DNA from: Octopus bimaculoides
Lineage: Eukaryota
DNA length: 64,000 nucleotides
Assembly (NCBI RefSeq): GCF_001194135.2
Contig: NC_069005.1
Location: 35,224,021-35,288,020 of the forward strand
Reading direction: 5' to 3'
The notes below the pieces were generated by a model that was not told the origin of the DNA, searched no databases, and was given only the letters and a program-made list of their open reading frames with translations. This document shows, piece by piece, positions 1 through 12,195 of this stretch. Numbering within the stretch: the stretch's first letter is position 1; every line of letters starts with the position of its first letter. The translations under genes were made by a program, and so were the position numbers.

Positions 1-175
1 TCCTGTTGGCCTTGACACAATTACTGTGTCCTTAAGTTTGCGAGGGGGAGACAAGCTCCTCCACCCAGCCTAGCCAGCATTCAGGGACATGTTTCTGAGT
101 CTTTGCTCGTCATCAGCCTGAAGTAGCTTCCCTCACAAACTTAAGGACACAGTAATTGTGTCAAGGCCGACAGGA
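1..175. repeat. Inverted repeat (arms ~1-52 and ~128-175) enclosing a hammerhead motif
   Basis: 1-40 tcctgttggccttgacacaattactgtgtccttaagtttg is the reverse complement of 136-175 caaacttaaggacacagtaattgtgtcaaggccgacagga with one mismatch; imperfect pairing extends about 10 bp further inward. Confidence 0.9.
80..122 (-). ncRNA. Minimal type I hammerhead ribozyme motif (Penelope/retrozyme-type)
   Basis: Minus strand reads UUCAGG-CUGAUGA-cGAGcaaagaCUCa-GAAA-CAUG-UC-CCUGAA: 6-bp stem I, intact CUGAUGA and GAAA core, short stem II (first pair C.A mismatch), palindromic ACAUGU stem III, GUC cleavage triplet. Confidence 0.7.
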
Positions 176-1624
176 AGCGGTCCAGCTTCCTAGGGCTAAA
201 CGGCAGTAGTGTGTTCCCTTATTGGGATTGTCACATTAAGTTGACAATATACTACAACTTTATATATATATATATATATATATGAAGAAATTTTGTATAC
301 AACATAAATGTTTAGTGCGAAAAAGAGAAGGAGTAAAATTTATTTTTATGTTTTCCATTTTGTTCCTTTCAGAAAGCAACAATGAAGACAAATCTGAAAA
401 ATCCTTTTTTAAACAAATCTATGACTAATTACTTGGCCGTGTTTGGTGGAACTGGGCGTTTTCATGGAAACTATAAGTCTGGCTTCACTGTATGTCTTTG
501 GAAATGGCATCTTGATATTTGTATATTTAAAATGCTGACCAACATTGGTTGTTCAGAGACATTCCTGGAAGAATGGATGGAACTACATAATTATCATAAA
601 CATTTCAAGAACTGTCTGTCAGTTGTTCTGCCTCAACAGTCAACTGACAACTTCACATGTGTTTTAGGAGAGTTTTATCATATAATAATAATAATAAATA
701 TCAAAATCCTATCTAAATTTGTCATCAAATTCTTGCAAAATATCTTTTTTCTTATTATTCATTTCGATATTATCCAGGAACCTCAATCTAAGAGTCTCTT
801 TGCAAATTGGCAGCAGCTGTGATTAATTAAAATGAATGCAATCTAATTTTCTGGATAGTTATCATCATCATCATTTTATGTCGACTTCCCATGTTAGCAT
901 GGATTAGATCAGTGGGTTTCAACCATTTTTTTTTTTGTTCCTAGAGCCCTTTGCTTACTCTTTTACTCAAGTGGCCCCTCATAGCCATTCCATGTTTAAG
1001 AACTAGTTTGTAGAGATTTCTTTCAAAATTCCTGTTTTGTTTTTTACCGATTTCCTTGTATATGTTTGACGTAGAATTCTCTGAGAGAACAGATTTCAGT
1101 GGCTGGAAACATGGGAAACTATGTAAAACATCAAAAAAACTTGGGAATAGCTAAATACATCCAAAAACATTTAAAATATTACTGTGTATCCCCAATTTAC
1201 TATTTTGCTTGCATGGACCCTCAAAAATGTTATATGAAGTCACAGAGGTCATGTGGAACCCAACTGTGGAACCCATCATGGTCAAAATTCTTATTTGGAG
1301 TTTATTCTCCTCTTAGGCAGGAACCACACTTCTTTGTTACATTCTGTATATTGTTTGGTTTCAATGACCAGTCTGCCCTCAGTCTTGATTACTCTCTCTC
1401 TCTCTCTATCACACACACACATAAGCACACATACACACATGCAACCACACCCACACACACACATCCTCACTAAAACACTGACAACATTTTAATGCCATCT
1501 GTTTTTAAGATGGAGAATCTCTTTAAAAAGAAGAAAGCCAGAATATTGTTCAATAAAAATCTATTTTATTCAAAAATAGTTGAGATGTCAAGTATGATGT
1601 AGAGTTTCATCACATTGCAAGAAC

Positions 1625-2348
1625 TTATAAAGTCCTTAATGTGGTGTCGATCCAGTTTCTGAAGTAGGAAACACTGGTAAAGATGGCAGCATCAATAGCA
1701 CAGTCATAACCAAATGATGTGATGCCAGCCACAACCATGTTGCCATTTCTGCTGGGGCAATAGAAAGGGCCACCAGAATCACCCTGGGGAGGAAACAAAA
1801 AGAATATTTAACAATTAGTTTGAGATAGTACGTTAACCTTGGTCTCGTTCGTTTTGTTGTTCGTGTTGGAGTGGGATGTGATGGGGGTAAATGACATTAA
1901 TTGTTCGATGAGACACATCTAACTTTGTCAACCGTTAAAAAAAAATCTAAGAAATGTAATGTCACAAACTAAGAAAGGTNNNNNNNNNNNNNNNNNNNNN
2001 NNNNNNNNNNNNNNNNNNNNNNNNNNNNNNNNNNNNNNNNNNNNNNNNNNNNNNNNNNNNNNNNNNNNNNNNNNNNNNNNNNNNNNNNNNNNNNNNNNNN
2101 NNNNNNNNNNNNNNNNNNNNNNNNNNNNNNNNNNNNNNNNNNNNNNNNNNNNNNNNNNNNNNNNNNNNNNNNNNNNNNNNNNNNNNNNNNNNNNNNNNNN
2201 NNNNNNNNNNNNNNNNNNNNNNNNNNNNNNNNNNNNNNNNNNNNNNNNNNNNNNNNNNNNNNNNNNNNNNNNNNNNNNNNNNNNNNNNNNNNNNNNNNNN
2301 NNNNNNNNNNNNNNNNNNNNNNNNNNNNNNNNNNNNNNNNNNNNNNNN

Positions 2349-2397
<49 letters not shown>

Positions 2398-5358
2398 CTA
2401 TGTGCTACAAGTTCATACATCGCTACAAATATAAATGAAACCACTTAAAGCTACCTATAGCACACACACACAGACTGGGGTAGATAACCGCCCCGTCAGC
2501 AAAAAAATGCTAGAACACTTGACTGTCAACAAGGTTCTTCGTTTGCTTCTATGGAACAGTTGATTCACTCTGTTAGTATATACATTTGGCATGTATGTTT
2601 ATGGCTGATTTAGCGAAATGCCAAATCGTGGGGCAGCTGGGCGCAATAGAAACCGTATAAACAAAATTTAGTCGTCAGTGATTGTGGCTGTATGTGCTAC
2701 AATCTATCTATCTATCTGGATATTGTATTGATCATCTTTATCCTGTGTGATTAATTCGTTGCGATTTTCTTTGTCTTATTTATTAATAAACTTTTTTTTT
2801 TTACATTTCGTTCTTGTTTACTAATGACAATAAGTACTTTTTCAAAGATTTCCACTTGATTTTGGATACGTTTGATCTAATGGATATGCAATCTGTATAA
2901 CACCTGAGAAACTGTTTGTCCTCTTAAAAATAAATTGGATGTCGCTGGTGAATTTTCATTAATTCAGAATTAAACATCGAAGAAGAGCACATAGACACGC
3001 ACACACAGAGGAGAGAGAGAGCGGGGGGAGATCAAAAGAAAGAGAAAGAGAGAAGGGCGTGATTGACGGGTTGACTGAACGGCGTAATAGTAAATGAAAT
3101 GAATACTTACATCCAGTTTTACCCCATCCAGCCGCGACACATCTTCTTCTGTCAAATTTCTCTCCTGGAGAAGGAAGGGCAGCAGCAGCTACACAGTTTC
3201 CAAACGGCACTGGCTTAGGTAGACGAATCATAGCAATATCGTTGCCTTTTAAAGTAGACATTATTATCATTATTAGATTCTTGGAAAAGAAGAATTCCTG
3301 ACATCGGGCTACTTAAGATGCCAAGAACCCTCCTAGCTGTCCCTAATAACACTGTTTGCTGCAGCTGTACCAAACTGGGTTTTATGCCTATTTCCTCTAC
3401 CCCTCTGTTCAAATCTTTAGGGAAAGTTCCCAATGCACCTATAACTGGTTGGGATCCATTTTACCCGAACTTTCCATAGTCTCTGTAATTCAATGGTTAG
3501 GTCCAGCTATTTTTTTCTATACCTCTCATATTTATTTTTTCATCATTTGCGACTGTAAAGACAATTATATGGCAGTTTCGATTCCCTTTATCTACCACAG
3601 CAAAATCAGGCCTTCTAGATTCTATTACTCTGTCGGTCTGAATGTTAATGTCCCACAACATCTTGTATTTCTTATTTTCTAGTACTTTACTAGTTTCATT
3701 TTTCATTCCATTCATCACTCTGTTCAAATACTAACTTTCTACATAGCTACCAGTGGATTGCACTCCCGAAATTGTCATGTCTTTCTGTGCCAGCATGCTA
3801 CAGTCACTATATGAGTAACGTTTCCCTCTTTTAATTTGCATAATCTACATGTGGAATTTACTTGGTTTTAGTCAGAAAGTTTACGACTAACATATTAATA
3901 ATCCTACGAAAACAGTGGAAACACGAGAGAAAGACAATGGACACCTTATCAACGGTTGACAACTTCTCGAGTAAGTGTTACATATTTTGGGGTTTAACAC
4001 ACATTTAGCTGTGTGTTAACTGAAGCTTATAGCCAGTGTTTAGCTTACATTGAGGTATTTAACATTCACTTATGTCTGTAATCACAAGGAAATCCCCAAA
4101 ATGTTTCGATATAAGATTATTTGTGTAGAGTATGCAGTTAAGTGTCGATTGGAAAATACTTACGCATGGGTCTAGAAGAATATTGAGAATGTACTTTCCA
4201 TTTAGTTGCTGTCATAACATATCGACCTCTCTGTTTGTTATTATTGGTACCAATATTTACAGAAATGGAACGAGTTCCAGGATTGCTTAAATAAATGAAA
4301 ATGAAATCATGTGCATTACTTTCAATCTCCTATATTTAGCTATGTCTCAAATATATGTAACTATAAACGGCGAACTAAAGTTTAATTATTTTACTGTAAG
4401 TATGAATAGAATTTTAGCTTGAGATCATAAACCAGCGAAAATTATATAAACAGAAATCGTACAAGTGACTGCTTCTTTTAGAGTATTTAATGAAAGAAAA
4501 CGGTGTTAGAAATATTGGGAATTGAAGTCTAAAGAAGATCTACATTGCCGAAATTAGATGGTCTTCTTGGGACTTTTTCATTCGAAGATAACGCTGTTAT
4601 GGCCGAAACAGTTTACAGAATTCTCTAGAGATTTTCATGGACATTTTATGTATATTGTCCATGGTTAATACGAACCAAGAAGCCATTGCTTAGTGGTGCT
4701 ATAATGCATTATGTCAGCCAGCCGTGATTCTCTTCCTAAATATAGGATCAGTTTACTAGATTAATGAGGAGACAAAGACATTTTAATAAGGTATTTAAGA
4801 GTCCGTTGAGAATAAATGGGGATGAAATCAAAATAATTCACTCGGCGTATAATTAAATTCATCAGCTGTCATAGCTTTTATGTTTCGTCTGTTTCGAAGT
4901 CCCTTGATGCATTAGTGACTCAATGAGAGACGTTTACGAAGTAGTAAAGAAGCATGGTTAGTTTGTAACCAGTGAAAGAACTTTTACTTACAAGCAATGG
5001 GCAGCGGTCAAAACATGTTGGTTGTCCAATAGTGTACCACCACAAGCGAAACCACCGTCAGTAGTTTCAAAGATCAAGTGGACGATGGATGGATACTGAC
5101 AATTTGCTGCAGGAGAGCCACCAACGATTTGTTCCCCTGGGGCTGGAAATACATTAACAAACAATATTAGGAAATATGTTAACAAAAAGCTGTGTATTGT
5201 GTTGTCTTGTTGTGTAGAAATATAAATTGTCTTGAAAAAATAGACATAAAATCGTGTTACGGTCTCGAAAATGATTACTAGAGCAATAGAATAGAGAGAG
5301 GTTATTTACCAGCGAAACTGAGAGGAAGAACGATTGCTAAACAAAATATAGCCAACAT
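1625..5358 (-). CDS. Secreted S1A serine protease A (chymotrypsin-like); exon 5 not visible, presumably in gap 1980-2348
   Basis: Exons (minus): 5310-5358 MLAIFCLAIVLPLSFA (signal peptide); 4992-5142 APGEQ-IVGG...TAAHC; 4164-4285; 3111-3245 NDIAMIRL...GWG; 1625-1783 GDSGGP...TLRTL*. GT-AG boundaries and phases match paralog B. Catalytic His, Asp and Ser motifs are present. Confidence 0.88.
3270..3730 (-). mobile_element. 3' fragment of a restriction-like-endonuclease (R4/NeSL-type) non-LTR retrotransposon in intron 3 of protease A
   Basis: Translations ENKKYKMLWDINIQTDRVIESRRPDFAVVDK and GTFPKDL...LQQTVLLGTARRVL match the RLE C-terminal signature; the fragment ends in an AAT-type tail. Confidence 0.75.
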
Positions 5359-5423
5359 GTTTGAGATTGGTGATGTTTCCGAGTCTGAAACACTTTATGC
5401 TACCTCAGCAATATTGGTCCTTC

Positions 5424-5430
5424 TTTTATA
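5424..5430 (-). promoter_or_regulatory. TATA box of protease A
   Basis: TATAAAA on the minus strand ~65 bp upstream of the ATG, at the same position in all three exon-1 copies. Confidence 0.65.
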
Positions 5431-6309
5431 GCTGTAGCTCTGCAAGGTTTTCTTTTCAATGTGCAATTCTCAATTAGTGAAAGTTCTTTAAAAACGTATA
5501 TTTCTTTTGTAACTTTTGTTAATGCACGGTAACATTTACAATGACAATGCGAGACTCAGGATCAATTGCGGTCTACGGCTTTTCTTTAGAAACTGTTCAT
5601 GGAGACGTCATTTGTGCGAACGACAAAGGTTCGTAATCTATAATGTACTTTAAAAAGCTGAACTAAAGGCTACTTGGTAGATTTGAGTCCATTTCTCTTT
5701 AATTGTGCTGTCACGCTGATGCCATTACGTTGCTAAAATGTTTGTGTCCATGTATATAAGATATGTTATACATACATACATACATACATACATACATACA
5801 TACGTACGTACGTACGTACGACCATGCATACATACATACATGTATGTATGTATGTATGTGCATTTGACACATGCCAAAGCTCTCAGGTGCTGATAATCAA
5901 GGGGTATCATTATTGATTTTATAGGATCTTATTTGTTCAATTAGGAACCCCCACAACAAAAACGGAACTCTCACAGAAGTTATTAACGAACATCTGGATT
6001 TCAATTTCTTTCACACGACTCAACCAATTACAATCATTATGACAATATTACCGTCGCTTACAGGATGTTATGTCGGTATTTCTGTGACTAACAGCAAAGT
6101 CTTTTCATTCCCACTGTTTTCTTTCCTGAACCATCTCACATAACAAGGAACTCGTAGTAGCAACCCTATGAATTATCAGCTTTTTTCGAATAAACTATTT
6201 TAAGTTTAGTACTTTTCTCCCATTTATATAGACAAACGCATCACACACACGCACACACACAATCACACATACACACAGAAAAATGTATGCACATATTTGT
6301 GTGCGTGGC

Positions 6310-8520
6310 AAAACAAGAAGCTTCTAGTCCGGACCTGCACGTTGGCGGCAGATGCAAAGGTGGTCGCCTTCCTGGGACCTGGTGACAACCCAGAGACTCG
6401 GTCCTACATCTCCGACTGGGCAGACCTATTTGGGAACACCGCTGCTTACCTTGAATGGGGACGGACCTAGAAAAGGTGAGCTAAATATCGGATGTCAGCA
6501 CAGAATCCTGGCTGGTAAGCCGCCTCCAGCATGACACCCATTCAAGCAGTCGAACAACAACAGAAATTAAATTAAATTAATTAATTAAACTAACCATTGG
6601 AACATGGAACGTGCGAACGCGCCTCGATCCTCAAGACACAGAGAGATCAGAACGTTGAATAGCTCTTGTCTCCATAGAACTAGCGAGATTTAACATCGAC
6701 ATCACTGCCCTCAGTGGAAACTGAAGAGATAGGTTCGGGTTAGAGCTTCTTCTGAAAAGGGAAAGAAGAAAGAGAGAGAAAAATTCATGGAGTCGCTTTT
6801 GCTGTAAAATCCAAGCTTGTGAAGGAACACTATCAATGAACGGCTTATGACTTTCCGAATACCGATCTCTGCCACCACCTTTGTGACACTAATCTCTGCT
6901 TACGCACCTACACTTGATACTACTGACAATGTGAAAAACAGTTGAGTGACCTGGTCCTCAATGTACCACCAAATGACAGGCTCCTCCTCCTCCTCCTCAG
7001 GGATTTCAATGCAAGAGTGGGGAGCGACAACAGACTATAGAAGAATGTTATTAACAAAGAAGGAGTCGGAAACTGCAATGAAAATGGACTCTTGCTCCTT
7101 GGGCTGTTCGCTGAACACTCTCTCGCTTCATCACCAACACCCAATTTCGACTCCCAAGTCGCTTCAAGACCACCTGGAAGCACCCCAGGTCGAAACACTG
7201 GCACCTTCTGGACTACTCCATCATCCGACAAAGGGGCAAAAGAAACGTCCTCATCACGTGAACGGCTAGCAGTGCTGACGATTGTTGGACAGACCATCGA
7301 CTAGTCATCACCCGCCTTCGAGTAATGGTTAACAACAAACCAAAGACTAGAAAGACAAAACCAGTCTGAAGAAAACGTGACACATCGAAGCTTAACAACC
7401 TGGAGATCAGCTCCTTTTATACATTCTCAAACACCTTCAATCCATCCCATCTGACAACCAGGATATGGATAAGGAATGGAGCACACTTCGGAAAACTATC
7501 ACTGCAGTGGCTGAAAATACACTCGGGTACAGCAAAAGGAGACATCAGAAGAAGTCTGATGACAATGATCAAGAAATCAACCAATTGATCGATGCAAAAC
7601 GGCAGGCCCGCCTCTCTCATGAGCAAGATCCAAGATCGCGACACAAGAAAGGTGAGATGTCAAGACCTTGAAAGACAATGCCAAACAAAATTGAGGGATT
7701 TGCAGAACAACTGGTGGCGACAAAAGGCCGTTGAACTCCAGGGGTATGCTGACGCTTGTGACCTCAGACGCTTCTACGCAGCAACGAAAGAATTTTTGGG
7801 GCCCGTGAGATCGTCACCAGGGTCTCTTCAATCAGTAGACTCCAACATCATCCTGACTAACCCACCAGATATCCTTCAACGCTCAAGAAAGCACTTCTCG
7901 AGTCTTCTGAACCAAGACTCCAACGTGACGGAAGATTTCTTGCATCCAACTCGACACTAGATGAACACGCTACCATCCTACGAAAAGCACAAGATTGCGC
8001 TCAACTGCATGAAGTAGCGTAAGTCTCTTGGCCCAGATAATATTCCAGTGGAATTTCTAAATCATGGTGGACTACTATTAAACACCAGTCTGTTCACATT
8101 GATTCTCCGAATCTGGAAGAACTGTAATGATGAGTTTTGGCCCCGAGGCTCTTTTCCCTGTACCTTGCAGCAATGTTTCATCAACTGCCTTCAGACAATC
8201 CAGGAGTCAACATTTCCTGGAAAAATTTAATCACTTTTCATACTTATAAAGTTTGCTTTCGAATAAGTGCACATCGGAAGAGGACGTAGAGAACCGATTA
8301 AGAGCGGCTCACACCGTGTTTGGTGGCCTCCCGGGGAAAAGGGTCATCTAGAACAGAGAACCACAAAACAAAATTGAGTATCTACAAAGCAGTCGTGATC
8401 TCCACTCTCCTCGACGGTTGTGAAACCCGGACTCTTTACCGAAGTGACGTCAAAAGACTGGAGCGACTTCACCAACTGAAGCTCCGCTCTGCTATGAATA
8501 TCAAATGCAACGACTCTTCA
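6310..8520 (+). mobile_element. Degenerate RTE-clade LINE (APE endonuclease plus partial RT, internally deleted)
   Basis: Frameshifted motifs LTIGTWNVRT...ELARFNIDITALS (endonuclease), KSLGPDNIPVEF, and LSIYKAVVISTLLDGCET...RLERLHQLKLR (RTE 3' region); many stops. Confidence 0.85.
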
Positions 8521-8640
8521 TTGCAATTTACTATTCAATTTCTATTTATTTACCAATTATTACCTTAATTATATTCACATATTATCTATTACCCACTAAA
8601 ACAACCTATACCCCCCCCAACCCAGACATATACCAACATT

Positions 8641-8790
8641 CTTTTCTACTCTAAGCACAAGGCCCAAAATTTTGAGGTAGAGGGCCAGTCGATTAGATCG
8701 ACCCCAGTACGCAACTGGTACTTAATTTATCGACCCCGAAAGGATGAAAGGCAAAGTCGACCTTGGTGGAATTTGAACTCATAACATAAT
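8641..8790 (-). mobile_element. SINE-like dispersed repeat, family 1 (other copies ~18410-18620, 42180-42410, 43350-43520, 48780-48980, 50290-50490, 56780-56920)
   Basis: Shared core ...gaccccgaaaggatgaaaggcaaagtcgacct(c/t)ggtggaatttgaactca... recurs at least seven times in the window. Confidence 0.8.
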
Positions 8791-10009
8791 GTTCTATAAC
8801 ATGACGTGCATGGACACGTCAAACACTCGCTCTTTCTTCTCCTGTACACTACCTGCGACTAGCTATGGTGTTCTCCATCTCCGTAGCTGCTATGAGACAA
8901 AATTTCAGTTCCCTTCACCAGTCACGGAATACGGCAAGGTGAAAACATTCCCTTTTCAAATTCCATTCTGTTCTATTGAATGATGATGCACAAGCTGCGT
9001 AAATACTCTCATTCCGTATCGGAATAAATTCCTTATGTACATGATGTCTTCACAATCTCACACGAGTTGTTGTTTCTCACTTGATTTCTAACAGGTATCG
9101 AAGAATGACCGAACATTATATTAAATTAGTGGGTTAGAAACCCACTAAACCTTTATGGACGGGGTGAAAAAGACTGCTATAGAGAATCGAACCCTGCACC
9201 TCTCAGATTCCAGCTGAGAGCTCTGTACCATCAAACTAAACAACCCCGAACAGCAGATACCGTCTTTTATAACGCTAAATAATAGCTTTTGAACTGTAAG
9301 AGGTATAGCGTTCGATTCTCTGTTGCGGCTTGGTGTCCACTTTTTTCCGTCTACAAGGGTATTTTATCTGATCCTCTCAGCTGTTCTCACAGCTATTCTC
9401 TTGCGAGATTTCCTTCTCTTCTAAAATACCAACTCACTTGGTGCTTCAATGTTTATATTTTATCTTTGTTTATAAAAATCTCCTCACATGTTTTCATTAC
9501 TTTTTGTGTCTATCTTTTTTCCATTCTATTTTCCTTTTTCTATACATTTGTAAAAGGTTGATAGTTGCAATAGAGGCATTAGTCTCTCTCTATCACCTTT
9601 CAAGAAAATTATATATTAAGAAAACAGTAGAACAATTAACAACACAATGAAAATGAGTTTTATTTTTTGATGATGCTTTTTTCAAAAAGTTACATTTCGC
9701 AGACCTGTGTTATCCTTGTATCCAGATTTATAATCTGGATAATTTTTTTTTTTATATAAACTGGCGGTTTCGAAGCAGTTGTTCATAGTCATCTTCTTTC
9801 TCTTTGGTTACCAGGGAGATATTCAAATCAGCAGGGCAGCTGACCTCTTTTGACGGTTCAATACTTTTTCTTGTCTGTCCCAAACAACGATATCCGGCCT
9901 TTTATGTTTTACACTTGACAGATGTTTTGGTGAGAATGTTTCACCAAGATTCCTTGTACTGATGTTTATGTACGTATTCAATAACAGAGGAACCCTTTAT
10001 GTTTATTCC

Positions 10010-10577
10010 AAGACAATATGGATGTGTGTATGTGTGTGTATGTGTATGTATGTGTGTATGTATGTATGTATGTATGTATGTATGTATGTATGTATGTGTG
10101 TATGTATGTATGTATGTGTATGTGTATGTATGTATGTATGTATGTATGTATGTGTGTATGTATGTGTGTATGTATGTATGTATGTATGTATGTGTATGTG
10201 TATGTATGTATGTATGTATGTATGTGTGTATGTATGTGTGTATGTATGTATGTATGTATGTGTATGTGTATGTATGTATGTATGTATGTATGTATGTGTG
10301 TATGTATGTGTGTATGTATGTATGTATGTATGTATGTGTATGTGTATGTATGTATGTATGTATGTATGTGTGTATGTATGTGTGTATGTATGTGTATGTG
10401 TATGTATGTGTGTATGTATGTATGTATGTATGTGTGTATGTATGTGTGTATGTGTGTATGTATGTATGTATGTATGTGTGTATGTATGTGTTTATGTGTG
10501 TATGTATGTGTATGTGTATGTATGTGTGTATGTATGTATGTATGTATGTGTGTATGTATGTGTGTATGTGTGTATGA
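10010..10577. repeat. Long compound (TATG)n/(TG)n microsatellite with higher-order periodicity
   Basis: About 570 bp made only of tatg/tgtg units. It explains four spurious ORFs in the ORF track. Confidence 0.95.
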
Positions 10578-11677
10578 GGAAAATGTATACACTTCTTAAG
10601 TATGGTGGATCGGTGCTGTCGTACGCGGTTGACACTGGATTCCTCGTCTACAAACTAACTCAGTCACCAGTTTTAGAATTGTATTATAAAGAAGAGTAAG
10701 TGTGAGATTGAGGTTGCCTTCTTTCACTGTGTCTTCACCATGTCTACTTTTATGCTCGTTAGTAAAATATGGATGTAAATTTATTTTTGTCTAATTTCGC
10801 TAATCATTCGCCATTGCTCTGAGTTGGCNNNNNNNNNNNNNNNNNNNNNNNNNNNNNNNNNNNNNNNNNNNNNNNNNNNNNNNNNNNNNNNNNNNNNNNN
10901 NNNNNNNNNNNNNNNNNNNNNNNNNNNNNNNNNNNNNNNNNNNNNNNNNNNNNNNNNNNNNNNNNNNNNNNNNNNNNNNNNNNNNNNNNNNNNNNNNNNN
11001 NNNNNNNNNNNNNNNNNNNNNNNNNNNNNNNNNNNNNNNNNNNNNNNNNNNNNNNNNNNNNNNNNNNNNNNNNNNNNNNNNNNNNNNNNNNNNNNNNNNN
11101 NNNNNNNNNNNNNNNNNNNNNNNNNNNNNNNNNNNNNNNNNNNNNNNNNNNNNNNNNNNNNNNNNNNNNNNNNNNNNNNNNNNNNNNNNNNNNNNNNNNN
11201 NNNNNNNNNNNNNNNNNNNNNNNNNNNNNNNNNNNNNNNNNNNNNNNNNNNNNNNNNNNNNNNNNNNNNNNNNNNNNNNNNNNNNNNNNNNNNNNNNNNN
11301 NNNNNNNNNNNNNNNNNNNNNNNNNNNNNNNNNNNNNNNNNNNNNNNNNNNNNNNNNNNNNNNNNNNNNNNNNNNNNNNNNNNNNNNNNNNNNNNNNNNN
11401 NNNNNNNNNNNNNNNNNNNNNNNNNNNNNNNNNNNNNNNNNNNNNNNNNNNNNNNNNNNNNNNNNNNNNNNNNNNNNNNNNNNNNNNNNNNNNNNNNNNN
11501 NNNNNNNNNNNNNNNNNNNNNNNNNNNNNNNNNNNNNNNNNNNNNNNNNNNNNNNNNNNNNNNNNNNNNNNNNNNNNNNNNNNNNNNNNNNNNNNNNNNN
11601 NNNNNNNNNNNNNNNNNNNNNNNNNNNNNNGAGGGGGGGGGAGAAATCTTTGAGTCGGTTGTCTAATAAGTTACCTT

Positions 11678-12195
11678 GTTGGTAGAAATATAAATTGTCT
11701 TGAAAATGTAGATATAAAATCGTGTTAGATCAATATAACAGTGAGAGGTTATTTACCAGCGAAACTAAGAGGAAGAACGATTGCTAAACAAAATATAGCC
11801 AACATGTTTGAGATTGGTGATGTTTTCGAGTCTGAAACACTTTATGCTACCTCAGCAATATTGCTCCTTCTTTTATAGCTTTAACCCGACAATGTTTTCT
11901 TTTCAAAATCTGCAAATTCTATTTGCTCTTCTGTCGCTTTTGTGACCATTGTTGAAACACGGCGCCTCTTACAATAGCAATGAAAGACACAAGATCAACT
12001 GCGGTTTGCATCTTGCAGGAACTCATTGTTGATGGACAAAATCGTTTATATTGATGACAAAGACTTTTAAAATGTAAACTGAAGTAAAAAGATCCATAAA
12101 AAACTGAATAAAATATTAAATACTGAAACTGGAAGTTGTTTTTTTCTTTTTTGAAAACTGCTGCTGCTGCTGTTGTTGTTGTTGTTGTTGTTCAT
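11678..12195 (-). pseudogene. Orphan copy of protease promoter, 5'UTR and signal-peptide exon (exon 11757-11805)
   Basis: Reverse complement gives ATG...MLAIFCLAIVLPLSFA-G|gtaaat with TATAAAA at 11871-11877. About 450 bp upstream is nearly identical to the gene B promoter (15380-15845). No downstream exons are visible before gap 10829-11630. Confidence 0.7.

Noticed and set aside
382-822. 146-aa ORF
   Set aside because: No recognisable domain or splice context. It may be a decayed hAT-type transposase fragment next to a MITE-like sequence (~910-1275), but the evidence is too weak to call.
9962-10699. Long ORFs of 190-245 aa (MYVC.../THIH...)
   Set aside because: Translations of a TATG/TG microsatellite. 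The same applies to similar ORFs at ~14.8-15.4 kb, 21.4-22.1 kb and 22.2-22.7 kb.
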